Shown: positions 27,648-38,047 of the stretch, in pieces
How the letters are laid out: each line of letters opens with the position of its first letter
Numbering within the stretch: position 1 is the stretch's first letter
NCBI GenBank assembly: GCA_046063325.1
Contig: JBJTMC010000094.1
Location: 1-54,047, forward strand
Length of the DNA stretch: 54,047 bases
Origin: Novosphingobium sp.
GTDB taxonomy: Bacteria > Pseudomonadota > Alphaproteobacteria > Sphingomonadales > Sphingomonadaceae
Direction of reading: 5' to 3'
The notes under the pieces: generated by a model
Seen by the model: the letters and a program-made list of their open reading frames with translations, nothing else
What the model was told of the DNA's origin: nothing
Database searches by the model: none
Made by a program: the position numbers and the translations under genes

Positions 27648-28637
27648 ATGAGTGAAAAGAAATCGCCGGTGACGGTGGACGAGGGACTGTCGCTTTTGCG
27701 GATGATGCTCCTCATTCGCCGCTTCGAAGAGCGCGCGATGGAACTGAACCTCGGCGGCAAGATCCGCGGCGCTGTCCATCCCTATATCGGCGAAGAAGCC
27801 ATCGCGACCGGGATCTGCGCGGCGCTCGAACAGCGCGACTTCATCGCCAGCTACCACCGCGGGCATGGCCATACCCTGGCCAAGGGCGGCAGCGCCAAGG
27901 CAATGATGGCGGAGCTCCTCGGCAAAGCCACCGGCATGTGCCGGGGCAAGGCCGGCTCGTTGCATGTTGCCGATATTTCGAAGGGCGTACTGGGTGCCAA
28001 CGGCATTGTAGGCGATGGCGCGACGCTTGCATTGGGGGCTGCACACAGCGCCCGGCTTCTGGCTACCGGAGCACTATCCGTGCCCTTCTTTGGTGACGGC
28101 GCAATCAGCCGGGGACCGGTGCTCGAGGCGATGAACTGGGCAAAGGCTTTCTGTTTGCCGATGATCTTCGTGTGTGAAGACAATGTCTATTCATACACCG
28201 TTCGGACCAGCGACGTGACCGGAGGACCTGGACCAGCAGCACGGGCCGCTGGCTTTGGTCTTGAGGCCAGGACGATTGACGGAAACGATGTGATCGCCAT
28301 TTACGAAATGGCGCGGGAAATGGTTGCCAGGGTCAGGGGCGGCGGCGGCCCGGCGTTCATCCACGCACTTACCTATCGTCATCATGGGCATATAGCTCGC
28401 GATCAAGCTCCCTACCGTCCATCCGGCGAACTTGCGCGCTATCTGACTCTTGATCCCATTCCGCGCTGCATTGCCTGGCTTGAGGAACGTGGTGCTTCAC
28501 AGGACGCTATTACCGGAGTTCGGCAGGATGTTGAAGACGAGATCGGCGAAGCAGTGGAGGCCGGGCTTGCAGACCCCGAACCCGATAAAAGCGAACTTTT
28601 TACCGATACGCTCGATGTAGGAGCCCCGACATGGTGA
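27648..28637 (+). CDS. ThDP-dependent dehydrogenase E1 alpha subunit (AcoA/PdhA-like), copy 1
   Basis: HPYIGEEA, HRGHGH, GSLH, GDGA...EDN, TYRHHGH; start ATG 27648. Confidence 0.92.
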   Translation: MSEKKSPVTVDEGLSLLRMMLLIRRFEERAMELNLGGKIRGAVHPYIGEEAIATGICAALEQRDFIASYHRGHGHTLAKGGSAKAMMAELLGKATGMCRGKAGSLHVADISKGVLGANGIVGDGATLALGAAHSARLLATGALSVPFFGDGAISRGPVLEAMNWAKAFCLPMIFVCEDNVYSYTVRTSDVTGGPGPAARAAGFGLEARTIDGNDVIAIYEMAREMVARVRGGGGPAFIHALTYRHHGHIARDQAPYRPSGELARYLTLDPIPRCIAWLEERGASQDAITGVRQDVEDEIGEAVEAGLADPEPDKSELFTDTLDVGAPTW

Positions 28638-29626
28638 CAATGACTTGCGCGGCCGCCACAAAGCTGGCCCTGACCGAGGAGATGCGCCGCGATGCGACCG
28701 TCTGGGTGCTTGGCGAAGACCTTGGCCCCGAGGGCGGGGTTGCCGGGCAATATCGGGGAATGCAGGCTGAATTCGGGCGAGACAGGATTTTCGACACACC
28801 GATTTCCGAGAATTCGATAATGGGTGCCGGAGTTGGCGCCGCGATGTCCGGAACGCGGCCGGTTGTCGAACTTCGCTACTGCGACCTTGCGGTCTGCGCT
28901 GCGGATGAGATCATCAACCAGGCGGCCAAGATGCGTTACATGACTGGCGGTCAGTGCAAGGTGCCTCTTGTCATTCGCCTGTCGATCGGGATGCGTGGTG
29001 GATCCGCTGCGCACCATTCCCAGTCGCTTGAATCAATGTGGATCAACATCCCCGGACTCGTAGTCATCGCACCGAGCTCGGCTGATGATTGCCGCAAGCT
29101 GTTAAAGGCAGCTATTCGCAATGACGACCCTGTCATTTTTCTGGAACACAAGACTCTTTTTTTCAGTGATGGTGAAGTCGATGAACGGGACGAAAGCCTT
29201 GCAGAGATCGGCAAGGCAAATGTGCTGCGCCCCGGCAGCGACGTTACGATCGTGGCATGGTCGATCGCCGTGGACCGCGCAATGGCTGCGGCTGATGCAC
29301 TGGCCTCACAAGGCATTTCGGCCGAGGTCATCGACCTTCGCACGCTGTGGCCCTGGGATAAGGAGGCTGTGTTCGCTTCAGTGCGCAAGACAGGCCTGCT
29401 GATGGTGGCACACGAATCCGTCGAAGAGGGCGGCTTCGGCGGCGAAGTCGTTGCAGAGGTGACCAAAGCGTGCTTCGGAGACTTGCGGGCTGCCCCTGTG
29501 CGGGTCGCCTGCCCACGTGTGACGGTGCCTTATGCGCAATCCCTTGAGCAGTACCTTTTTGTCACACCTGAACGTATCGTCGAATCTGCGACAAAACTGA
29601 CTGACAGCGCTCGTCAATCGCATTAG
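28631..29626 (+). CDS. E1 beta subunit (AcoB/PdhB-like), copy 1
   Basis: LGEDL, DTPISE, NQAAKMRYM, AHHSQ, EVIDLRTL. Confidence 0.92.
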   Translation: MVTMTCAAATKLALTEEMRRDATVWVLGEDLGPEGGVAGQYRGMQAEFGRDRIFDTPISENSIMGAGVGAAMSGTRPVVELRYCDLAVCAADEIINQAAKMRYMTGGQCKVPLVIRLSIGMRGGSAAHHSQSLESMWINIPGLVVIAPSSADDCRKLLKAAIRNDDPVIFLEHKTLFFSDGEVDERDESLAEIGKANVLRPGSDVTIVAWSIAVDRAMAAADALASQGISAEVIDLRTLWPWDKEAVFASVRKTGLLMVAHESVEEGGFGGEVVAEVTKACFGDLRAAPVRVACPRVTVPYAQSLEQYLFVTPERIVESATKLTDSARQSH

Positions 29627-29643
29627 CTGCGGTCACGACCAAG

Positions 29644-30456
29644 CTATGCGTCGATTCTGAGTGTCGCGATCTCGGCCAGCCGGTCGCCGATCTGGGTTGC
29701 AGCAACGCGCATGTCGTCGAGCAATTCGAGTCGGCGCATCTCAGTCATGCGCTCAGTAATGGCTGCAATGCTGAGAGCCACGAATGGCGAGCCGGACGGG
29801 CGAGGGACGGCGACCCCAATTGCCTGCATGCCCGTGACGATCTGTCCGGGGTTGAAGGCATAGCCCTCGCTGCGCGTACGATCGACCATATTGCGCAGGA
29901 TGTCAGCGTCGTAGTCGCCGTAATGCTTCAGCACCGGAGCGTTCTGGCCAATGGCGGCCTCAATCTCTTGATCGTCAAGGCCTGACAGAAGGGCCAGACT
30001 TCCCGCACCCACTCCCAAAGGCCGCCTGTCGCCTACAGCAAGCGTCAGTACCTTGATAGGAAAGGCTCCGCTGGCCCGATCTACACAGACGGATTCATGC
30101 CCAGACCGGACCGATAGGAAAACGGTGTCTCCGGTGCGCCTTTCAAGCCAGTTAACGCTTTCGCGGGCCAGTGTTACCAGGCCGAACCTGTCCGCTGCGT
30201 TGGCGCTTAGCGACAGCATATCGAACCCGAGATAAAATAGTCCGTTCCGTTCTTCCACTTCCACCAGTTTCTGGGCGACAAGGCTGGCCAGCAGGCGATG
30301 GACTGTCGATTTGTTTAACCCGGTTTCATCCGCGACATCAGTCAATCTGGACCCGAAACGCGATCTCTTGGCCAGCACGCGTAAGATTGCCGCGACCCGC
30401 TCGATCCCCTGTCCTGCAGCCGAGACCTTTGTCTCATGACTCTCATCGCGTCGCAT
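29644..30456 (-). CDS. IclR-family transcriptional regulator
   Basis: HTH LTDVADETGLNKSTVHRLL; effector domain RRPLGVGAGSLALL, VALSIAA. Confidence 0.92.
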   Translation of the reverse strand: MRRDESHETKVSAAGQGIERVAAILRVLAKRSRFGSRLTDVADETGLNKSTVHRLLASLVAQKLVEVEERNGLFYLGFDMLSLSANAADRFGLVTLARESVNWLERRTGDTVFLSVRSGHESVCVDRASGAFPIKVLTLAVGDRRPLGVGAGSLALLSGLDDQEIEAAIGQNAPVLKHYGDYDADILRNMVDRTRSEGYAFNPGQIVTGMQAIGVAVPRPSGSPFVALSIAAITERMTEMRRLELLDDMRVAATQIGDRLAEIATLRIDA

Positions 30457-30622
30457 CAGTTTTGGCTAGCTGGTTTCAAAAGGTCATTCAAGGTTGTGTA
30501 GGCCTAGGACTTGGCGAACAATGCCCTTGCAATTTGTTCCAAGAGACGCAATACTGTGCCGCTCAGTGAAAATGTGAACTTGCCGCCACGCAACTCGGCC
30601 AGGCGTTGTTTCGGGAGACAGC

Positions 30623-31615
30623 ATGGTATTAGGCGGCACGAACATGATTGAATTTGCCCTTGCCCAACTCGAACGGATGATGCTCATTCGCGCGTTCGAG
30701 GAGGCTGCCGCGCAAGCTCTAATCGATGGGTACATTCGTGGGCCGGTTCACCAGTACATTGGACAAGAGGCTGTCGCGGTCGGAGTTTGCTCAAGCCTGA
30801 ATAGAGATGATCTTCTGCAATCAAACCACCGTGGTCACGGCCATGCCCTTGCTAAGGGAGCTTCGCCCGAAGCTATGATGCTCGAACTGTTCGGCCGGGT
30901 CGGCGGAACAAACGGCGGAAAAGGCGGTTCAATGCACATCGCCGATTTCTCGGTTGGAATGATGGGTGCGAATGGCATTCTGGCCGATGGTGTCACGTTG
31001 GGCGTCGGTGCTGCCCATGCTGTAAAGCTGAGGGGAGAGAACCGAGTAGTTGCGGCCTTTGTCGGTGATGGAACTATCAACCGGGGCCCGTTCTACGAAG
31101 GCATGAACTGGGCAAAGGTTTTCAATCTTCCGTTCCTGCTGGTGTGCGAGGACAACGGCTACGCCTCCTCGACAATGACGGGTGTTGTAACATCAGGGCA
31201 TGGCCCGGCCGCGCGGGCTGAGGCTTTTGGACTGCCGAGCCATGAGGTTGATGGCAACGACATCTTTGCCGTTTCGGAAATGGCGGCAATGCTCGTCCAG
31301 AAGATCCGCAACGGCGAAGGCCCGCAATTCCTTGTAGCGAAAACCTATCGGGTCAAGGGGCACATATCGCGCGACCAGTTGCTATACCGCCCGAGCGGGG
31401 AAACTGAACGGCGGTTCATCGAGGAGCCTGTTGGCCGCGCCATTCATAGATTGATTCAGGAAGGTGCACTGCACGCAGATATCGAGGATATCCGTGCTAA
31501 GGTGGATGCGCGCATTGTATCGGCAGTCGAGGCAGCGAAGCTTGCGCCAACACCCGCGTTGCATACGGCGTTCGAAGACGTACAGGATTTGGGAGCGCCG
31601 CAATGGCCGAATTGA
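30623..31615 (+). CDS. E1 alpha subunit, copy 2
   Basis: HQYIGQEA, HRGHGH, GKGGSMH, GDGT...EDN, TYRVKGH. Confidence 0.92.
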   Translation: MVLGGTNMIEFALAQLERMMLIRAFEEAAAQALIDGYIRGPVHQYIGQEAVAVGVCSSLNRDDLLQSNHRGHGHALAKGASPEAMMLELFGRVGGTNGGKGGSMHIADFSVGMMGANGILADGVTLGVGAAHAVKLRGENRVVAAFVGDGTINRGPFYEGMNWAKVFNLPFLLVCEDNGYASSTMTGVVTSGHGPAARAEAFGLPSHEVDGNDIFAVSEMAAMLVQKIRNGEGPQFLVAKTYRVKGHISRDQLLYRPSGETERRFIEEPVGRAIHRLIQEGALHADIEDIRAKVDARIVSAVEAAKLAPTPALHTAFEDVQDLGAPQWPN

Positions 31616-32625
31616 CGTTCGCAGCCGCCGTGCGCGACGGGTTGGCGGAGGAAATGCGGCGCGATCCGCTGGTCTGGGCGTTGGGCGAGGATCTGACCAC
31701 TTCGGTCGGAAGCACGAGCGATGTGCAGTATGATGGTCTGATGGAGGAATTCGGGAGCGATCGTGTCGTCAACACACCGATCTCCGAGAACATGATCATG
31801 GCGGCGGGCGTGGGTGCTGCGGTTGCGGGAACCCGCCCGGTTGCCGACTTGCGCGCTGTCGATTTCGGGCTTTGCGCAATGGACGAACTAGTTAACCAGG
31901 CTGCGAAGATCCGCTATATGTTCGGCGGACAGGCGAGGGTGCCGATGGTGATCCGACAGGCAATCGGCATACGTCCTGGCCTTGCGGCACAACACTGCCT
32001 GTCGAATGAGGCATGGTTCGTGCACGTTCCGGGCTTGGTAGTGATTGCTCCTGCGACACCGGCCTGTGGCAAGGGATTGCTCAAGGCGGCGATCCGCAGC
32101 GACGATCCGGTCGTCCTTCTAGAACACAAACAGCTCTGGTCCAGCACCGGGGACGTTCCCGATGGGGATGACCTGATCGTGCCGATCGGCCAAGCGCGCA
32201 TAGCTCGCGAGGGCACTGATCTGACGATCGTGGCCTGGTCGCGGATGGCTTTGCTAGCGACCAGCGCCGGGGAACGCCTCGCCGCGCAGGGTATTGATGC
32301 CGAGGTCATCGATTTGCGAAGCCTGTGGCCATGGGACAAGGAGCGCGTCTATGACTCGGTCCGCAAGACCGGGCGTCTGCTGATTCCGCAAGAGGCAGTC
32401 AACGTCGGTGGCTTTGCTGCGGAAATCGCCATGGACGTTATGGAAGCCGTTGGTGATGCGCTGATCATGCCGCCTCGGCGTGTTGGTGCTCCGCGCGTGC
32501 CGATGCCTTATGCGCTGGAATTGGAAGCAATTTGCCTTGTCACCGATGTGCATGTTGAAGAGGCGGCGCGAAAGATGTTTGACAAGGGTGAGGATGCAAC
32601 TCGAAATCAGTTACCAGTGACCTGA
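31603..32625 (+). CDS. E1 beta subunit, copy 2
   Basis: LGEDL, NTPISE, NQAAKIRYMFGG, AQH, EVIDLRSL. Confidence 0.92.
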   Translation: MAELTFAAAVRDGLAEEMRRDPLVWALGEDLTTSVGSTSDVQYDGLMEEFGSDRVVNTPISENMIMAAGVGAAVAGTRPVADLRAVDFGLCAMDELVNQAAKIRYMFGGQARVPMVIRQAIGIRPGLAAQHCLSNEAWFVHVPGLVVIAPATPACGKGLLKAAIRSDDPVVLLEHKQLWSSTGDVPDGDDLIVPIGQARIAREGTDLTIVAWSRMALLATSAGERLAAQGIDAEVIDLRSLWPWDKERVYDSVRKTGRLLIPQEAVNVGGFAAEIAMDVMEAVGDALIMPPRRVGAPRVPMPYALELEAICLVTDVHVEEAARKMFDKGEDATRNQLPVT

Positions 32626-32671
32626 GGTCACCGGCTGATCGTGATCGGCCGAATAGGATGAATGCGAAGCC

Positions 32672-33625
32672 ATGAAGGGTGACCTTACCAGCATCAAGAT
32701 GTTTGTCGCGGCCTATGAGGAAGGCACCTTTACTGCGGCGGCAATCCGCGAAAATGCGACGCAATCCGGGGTGTCTCAGCATGTCGCCCAGATCGAAGAT
32801 GTTCTGGGAGTTAACTTGTTCCTTCGCGCCAAGTCCGGCGTCTCGCCAACTCCGGCCGCGCAAAGTTTCTATACAAAGTGCCTGGAACTCCTGCGGGTTC
32901 ATCACCATGCCATCGAGTCAGTCCGCCAATTTGGTCAGGGTTTCTCAGGCAACGTGACAATAGGTCTGATGCCAGCCCTGACCCAGGTAGCGCTCGCTCC
33001 CACCTTGCTGGCGTTTTCGCGAGCTAACCCGAATGTCCGGACGATGGTCATGGAGGCATTCAGCGCGTCGCTTACGGATATGATCCTTGCGGAGGAAATC
33101 GATTTCGCGATCATTCCGGCCTTCGGAGGGCGAACCGGCATTCACATGACGCATTTCGGATCGGTGCCCGAGGTGCTCGTGTCGGCCGCCGACGGCAGTC
33201 TTTGCCATGGTCAGCCCGTATCGCTGCGTGATCTTGACCCGCTGAAGCTAGTCGTGCCTGGAAATCACAACACGCGTCGGCAGACAATCGAAACCTATTG
33301 CACCGGCAATGGCGCGAGAATCGATCGATTGTTTGAACTCGATTCACTTGCGGGCACGCTGGATTTCGTGCGGCAGAGCGACTGGCAGACAATTCTGCCG
33401 GTGCCCGCGCTCGTCAATCGGCTGGACGGCTCCGAATTTGCTCTGAACCCCCTCACGGGGCCGCCGCTCCAATTGCAAATGGTCGCCATCTCACGGGCCG
33501 ACAAGAGCCTCACTCCTGCCGCCCAAGCATTCATCGAGGCGTTGGCCAGCAGTGTGGCTGGTTTGAACAGCAAATGGGAAGAATTCTTGGCGAGCAAGAG
33601 AATCAATATCTCGGCTGGTGCATGA
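32672..33625 (+). CDS. LysR-family transcriptional regulator
   Basis: FVAAYEEGTFTAAA...TQSGVSQHVAQIE..LG..LF.R HTH. Confidence 0.93.
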   Translation: MKGDLTSIKMFVAAYEEGTFTAAAIRENATQSGVSQHVAQIEDVLGVNLFLRAKSGVSPTPAAQSFYTKCLELLRVHHHAIESVRQFGQGFSGNVTIGLMPALTQVALAPTLLAFSRANPNVRTMVMEAFSASLTDMILAEEIDFAIIPAFGGRTGIHMTHFGSVPEVLVSAADGSLCHGQPVSLRDLDPLKLVVPGNHNTRRQTIETYCTGNGARIDRLFELDSLAGTLDFVRQSDWQTILPVPALVNRLDGSEFALNPLTGPPLQLQMVAISRADKSLTPAAQAFIEALASSVAGLNSKWEEFLASKRINISAGA

Positions 33626-33836
33626 CCTTCAGGATCGCCAGCCCGCCGCTATCATCGAAACTGATGGATAGGCCGCCCTTTCTTTGTTTCCTTCGCAAGG
33701 CTCCGATCCCGTAAATCCGACGACCTCGGAGCTGCTTGGCGAAAAGGGCGTGCGCCGTCCCAATGGTTCGAAGCTAAGTACCGGGCGCGAACGGCTGTGC
33801 GCCGCGTTGACAAAGCGCGGTTCGAAGGAGAGCAAT

Positions 33837-35597
33837 ATGATCGTGGAAGATGCTGGTGCCGAACCCTTGACGCGCACTGAAGTAGCTGACGGCATGCGTA
33901 TCCTTTGGGATGTACCGATCACTATGGCAGACGGTATCGTGCTTCGTGCTGACGTATTCCTCCCGATCGGGGAAGGGCAGTATCCCGTCATAATGACCCA
34001 GGGTCCATATGCGAAGTGGCTGTCTTTCCAGGAAGGTTATCCCAACCAGTGGAATAACATGATCGCCCAGCATCCCGATGTCGCGGCAGGGTCAACTAAC
34101 AAGTATCAGGCGTGGGAAGTAGTTGATCCTGAAAAATGGGTGCCGCACGGATATGCGGTGGTCCGTGTAGATAGCCGCGGAGCCGGACGCTCACCTGGCC
34201 ATATGGAGGTTTTTTCGGCCCAGGAGACGGATGATTACTGCGAATGTATCGAATGGGCCGGGACGCAGCCTTGGTCTTCCGGGAAGGTCGGGCTTTGCGG
34301 GATATCCTACTACGCAGTGACCCAGTGGCAGGTCGCAAGCCGCAGGCCGCCGTACCTCGCAGCCATGTGCCCGTGGGAAGGGGCCGCTGACTTCTACCGC
34401 GACCTTACGCATCACGGCGGTATTTACATGAATTTCTGGGATCAGTGGATGGACAACCAGATCCTTGCCTATCAGCACGGCAAGGGAGAATATGGCTATC
34501 GCAGCCGCGTCCACGGTGATCTGGTTTCGGGTCCGGATACGTTGAGCGAAGCAGAGCTTGCCCTGAACCGGACTGACCCGGGAAAGACCTACCGTGCGCC
34601 TTTCGACAGTCCGGTATTCCAGGACATTTCGGCCAAGTGGGATCGGATCGAGGTTCCGTTCCTGTCTCCGGCCAGTTGGGCTGGGCAAGGCCTGCACCCC
34701 CGCGGAAACTTCGAAGCATTCACGAACGCTGCCTCAAAAAACAAGTGGCTCGAAGTTCATGGCCTTGAACACTGGACGCACTTCATGACCGATTATGGCA
34801 GGGAGCTGCAGAGAAAGTTCTTCGACCACTTTCTCAAGGGCGAAGATAATGGATGGGACAAGACGCCCCGCGTGATCCTTAACGTGCGTGACGTGAACGA
34901 CAGTTTCACACTTCGCTACGAAAACGAATGGCCCTTGGCGCGCACCCAGTGGACGAAATTTCACCTCGATGCGGGTGGCAAGGCGCTTGCAGGCTCGCCC
35001 CTTCCGGGTTCGGCATCCATCGCTTATGCTGGATTTGGCGATGGCGTGACCTTCTCACTGCCGCCCCAGGCCGAGCAGGTTGAATTGTGCGGCCCGATGG
35101 CGGCAAAGCTGTTTGTCTCTTCCGAAACCGTCGACGCCGACTTGTTCCTGATCGTTCGTGTTTTTCGGCCAGATGGCACCGAAGTCGTATTTAACGGCAC
35201 CACGGACCCGCACACTCCCTTTGCCCAAGGTTGGCTGCGGGCATCCCATCGCAAGCTCGATCCCGAAAAGAGCCTACCCTACCGCCCCTATCACGCACAT
35301 GACGAAAAAGAACCGCTGGTGCCAGGTCAGATATACGAACTGGATATTGAGATCTGGCCGACAGGCCTTGTCATTCCCAAGGATTATCGCATTGCCCTGA
35401 CGGTCCAGGGCCGGGACTATGAATGGCCGGATGGACCGGGGATTCGACTTTCAAATTTCACCTACGAGCTGCGTGGATGCGGTCCGTTCCTGCACAACGA
35501 CCCTTCAGATCGCCCCGAGGAGGTTTTTGGCGGAAAGGTCACGCTTCATACGGGAGCTGACTATCCGAGCTATTTGCTTCTCCCGGTCCTCCCATGA
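33837..35597 (+). CDS. CocE/NonD-family serine hydrolase, copy 2
   Basis: DGIVLRADVF, VDSRGAGRS, WSSGKVGLCGISYYA, PWEG, GWLRASHR; ATG 33837 after GAAGGAG. Confidence 0.92.
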   Translation: MIVEDAGAEPLTRTEVADGMRILWDVPITMADGIVLRADVFLPIGEGQYPVIMTQGPYAKWLSFQEGYPNQWNNMIAQHPDVAAGSTNKYQAWEVVDPEKWVPHGYAVVRVDSRGAGRSPGHMEVFSAQETDDYCECIEWAGTQPWSSGKVGLCGISYYAVTQWQVASRRPPYLAAMCPWEGAADFYRDLTHHGGIYMNFWDQWMDNQILAYQHGKGEYGYRSRVHGDLVSGPDTLSEAELALNRTDPGKTYRAPFDSPVFQDISAKWDRIEVPFLSPASWAGQGLHPRGNFEAFTNAASKNKWLEVHGLEHWTHFMTDYGRELQRKFFDHFLKGEDNGWDKTPRVILNVRDVNDSFTLRYENEWPLARTQWTKFHLDAGGKALAGSPLPGSASIAYAGFGDGVTFSLPPQAEQVELCGPMAAKLFVSSETVDADLFLIVRVFRPDGTEVVFNGTTDPHTPFAQGWLRASHRKLDPEKSLPYRPYHAHDEKEPLVPGQIYELDIEIWPTGLVIPKDYRIALTVQGRDYEWPDGPGIRLSNFTYELRGCGPFLHNDPSDRPEEVFGGKVTLHTGADYPSYLLLPVLP

Positions 35598-36175
35598 CGG
35601 CATCCCATGCCTGTCAGGCGGTCACAGCCGGCGCACAAGCAGACGATCTTGATCCAGGCCCGGCGCTGGATTCTGGCAGCCTGCGCAAGATTCTGGGAAG
35701 TTTCGTTACCGGGGTGACGGTAATCACTGCCCTTGATGCAAACGGAGGGCGGCTGGGCATTACGGTCAATTCGTTCAGTTCGGTCTCGCTTGAGCCGCCC
35801 CTTATTTCCTGGAGCCAGTCACTCACGGCACCGAGTTACCTGCACTTCAAGGCGGCCGACCGGTTTGCGGTGAACATTCTGGCGGCTGACCAGCTGGACG
35901 TTTCGCAACGATTCGCCGGTCGCTCGGGCTTGAAGTATGATGGTCTGGAACACGACACAGGCATCGGGGGTGTTCCACTGATCCGCGGGGCAGTCGCCCA
36001 CCTAGAATGCAGGATGTTTGCACAGTATGCTGGCGGCGATCATGCCATCTTCATAGGCCGGATCGAGAACGCAGTTCAGCACAAGCGCTCGCCGCTGTTG
36101 TTTGGACTGGGTCGTTATCTTGTTGCCTCTCCGCACGATTCCAATTCCGATTGCGTAACTGGTACGGCGCCATAG
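35594..36175 (+). CDS. Flavin reductase (HpaC/DszD-like)
   Basis: FVTGVTVIT, NSFSSVSLEPPL, GGDHAIFIG. Confidence 0.92.
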   Translation: MTASHACQAVTAGAQADDLDPGPALDSGSLRKILGSFVTGVTVITALDANGGRLGITVNSFSSVSLEPPLISWSQSLTAPSYLHFKAADRFAVNILAADQLDVSQRFAGRSGLKYDGLEHDTGIGGVPLIRGAVAHLECRMFAQYAGGDHAIFIGRIENAVQHKRSPLLFGLGRYLVASPHDSNSDCVTGTAP

Positions 36176-36251
36176 CCCGCAATCCGGATCGCAATGACTT
36201 TGTCGGTAAAGACCTGAGAGTGGGCGGTGAAGCCTTAAAAGGGAAAAAACT

Positions 36252-37187
36252 ATGGATCGCTTCGATCTTGGCGATGTGCAAATCATACGGATTCCTGAGC
36301 TGCTATCGCCGGCAGTTGCACCACACGCCTTTTTGGCGAACCTCCCGGAGGATGCGGTACAACGGCATCAAGGCTGGCTCGAACCACATTTCTACGATAT
36401 CGCCAGTGGGCAGCTAATCCTGAGCGGACACGCCTGGTTGATCAAGACGCCGCGCAACAATATCCTGGTCGAAGCTTGCGGGGGAAATCACAAGCCAAGG
36501 CCTGCTTTTCCCCGCACCCATATGCTGGAAACCCCCTGGATCGAACGATTGGCGCAAGCAGGATGCACCCCCGACGATATTGACTTCGTCTTGTGCACGC
36601 ACCTCCATGTCGATCATGTCGGATGGTTCACGTCACTCGACAAAGGTGTTTGGGTGCCAACTTTTCCGCGCGCACGCTATCTGATCGACAAGGTGGAATA
36701 TGCGAACTGGAACCCTGCGACACGATCCCTGCCGCCGCTTGCCCTGAATGCCAACTGCTTTGAAGACAGCGTTACGCCGGTGATGGAAAGCGGGCTTATG
36801 ACACTGGTTGAGCCGCCCCTGAAAGTCGAAGATGCGGTAACACTCGAACCTGCTAGGGGGCATACACTTGGGCACACGGCGGTGCGCGTCAATGGTTCGA
36901 CGAGATCGGCCATAATCTCAGGCGATGTGACACACACGCCGTTGCAGATCATCTATCCGCAATGCTGCACAATCGGTTGCGAAGATCCAATAGCTTCCAA
37001 TGCAACTCGGCGCAGGCTGCTCGACGATTGTGCTGCAACAGGTGCACTCTACATGCCTACCCACTATCCATCACCGTACAGCGCTGTCTCGATAGCCAGG
37101 CACGGATCGTCATTCAGATTTGCAGATAGCGATGGTGTGGAGCCTGCCGGGCTTTCGGAAGCCTTGGCCCGAATGGCAAGCGACTGA
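36252..37187 (+). CDS. Metallo-beta-lactamase-fold hydrolase (lactonase-like)
   Basis: THLHVDHVG, GHTLGH, SGDVTH, PTHY. Confidence 0.9.
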   Translation: MDRFDLGDVQIIRIPELLSPAVAPHAFLANLPEDAVQRHQGWLEPHFYDIASGQLILSGHAWLIKTPRNNILVEACGGNHKPRPAFPRTHMLETPWIERLAQAGCTPDDIDFVLCTHLHVDHVGWFTSLDKGVWVPTFPRARYLIDKVEYANWNPATRSLPPLALNANCFEDSVTPVMESGLMTLVEPPLKVEDAVTLEPARGHTLGHTAVRVNGSTRSAIISGDVTHTPLQIIYPQCCTIGCEDPIASNATRRRLLDDCAATGALYMPTHYPSPYSAVSIARHGSSFRFADSDGVEPAGLSEALARMASD

Positions 37188-37217
37188 AGCGCTCGCCATT
37201 CGACAGCCACTAACTAT

Positions 37218-38003
37218 TCAATCTGTGGTCGTAAGCCGTGAGCTCCAAACCGCGTTGTAAGTTCCGATTTCGCTGAACCCGCCATCGACCGGCAGATCGA
37301 TGCCGGTGATGAAGCTGGATTCATCGCTGGCCAGGAACAGCACCGCATATGCGAGCTCTTCGGCCCGGCCCGGGCGCTGCATGGGCGTCATCGCTTGCAT
37401 CTGCTTGAAGGCGGCGGCTCCAGGATCGATGATAGGCGTTGCAACCAGCCCTGGATGCATTGCGTTGACCCGGATATTGTCTTTGACAAGGTCCAGTGCC
37501 GCCGATTTGGTCAGTCCGCGCAGACCCCATTTGGCGGCGGAATAGCCTGTCGTGGGATGGCCCATGGTTCCCGCGAGCGAACCGGTGTTGACAATGCTTC
37601 CACCTCCGCGCTTGCGCATAAGCGGCGCGCAGGCCTGAATCCCATGCAGGACTCCGGTGAGGTTCACGTCCAGCAGTCGATTCCAATCGTCCATACAGGT
37701 TTCGGTCATGCCGTGCCGAAGATTTATGCCGGCATTGTTGATCAGGATATCCAGTCCACCATGTTCCCGATGGATTTCGCTGGCGATTTCCTGCCATCGC
37801 GCCGCGTCGGTTACGTCAAGGCGTTTGAAGGATGCTGATGCCCCATTCGCGCTGATCTCGTCGGCCAACGCGGAACCCTCATCCTCCAGAACGTCGCAGA
37901 TGATTACCGTGGCACCTTCGTTGGCAAAAAGTCGTGCCTCCGCAGCACCCTGGCCGCGTGCACCGCCGGTAATGAGTGCGATCTTGTTTGATAGTCTTCC
38001 CAT
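37218..38003 (-). CDS. Classical SDR (3alpha/20beta-hydroxysteroid or cyclic alcohol dehydrogenase-like)
   Basis: TGGARGQG, NNAG, YSAAKWGLRGLTK, HPG, VDGG; start ATG 38003. Confidence 0.9.
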   Translation of the reverse strand: MGRLSNKIALITGGARGQGAAEARLFANEGATVIICDVLEDEGSALADEISANGASASFKRLDVTDAARWQEIASEIHREHGGLDILINNAGINLRHGMTETCMDDWNRLLDVNLTGVLHGIQACAPLMRKRGGGSIVNTGSLAGTMGHPTTGYSAAKWGLRGLTKSAALDLVKDNIRVNAMHPGLVATPIIDPGAAAFKQMQAMTPMQRPGRAEELAYAVLFLASDESSFITGIDLPVDGGFSEIGTYNAVWSSRLTTTD

Positions 38004-38047
38004 GTGCCGTAGTTCCTTCAAATGGTTTCGCTCGTTGACGGCCAAAC

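Noticed and set aside
36252-37187. Antibiotic-resistance metallo-beta-lactamase
   Set aside because: No signal peptide, the motif spacing fits lactonase-type hydrolases, and the gene sits in a catabolic operon.
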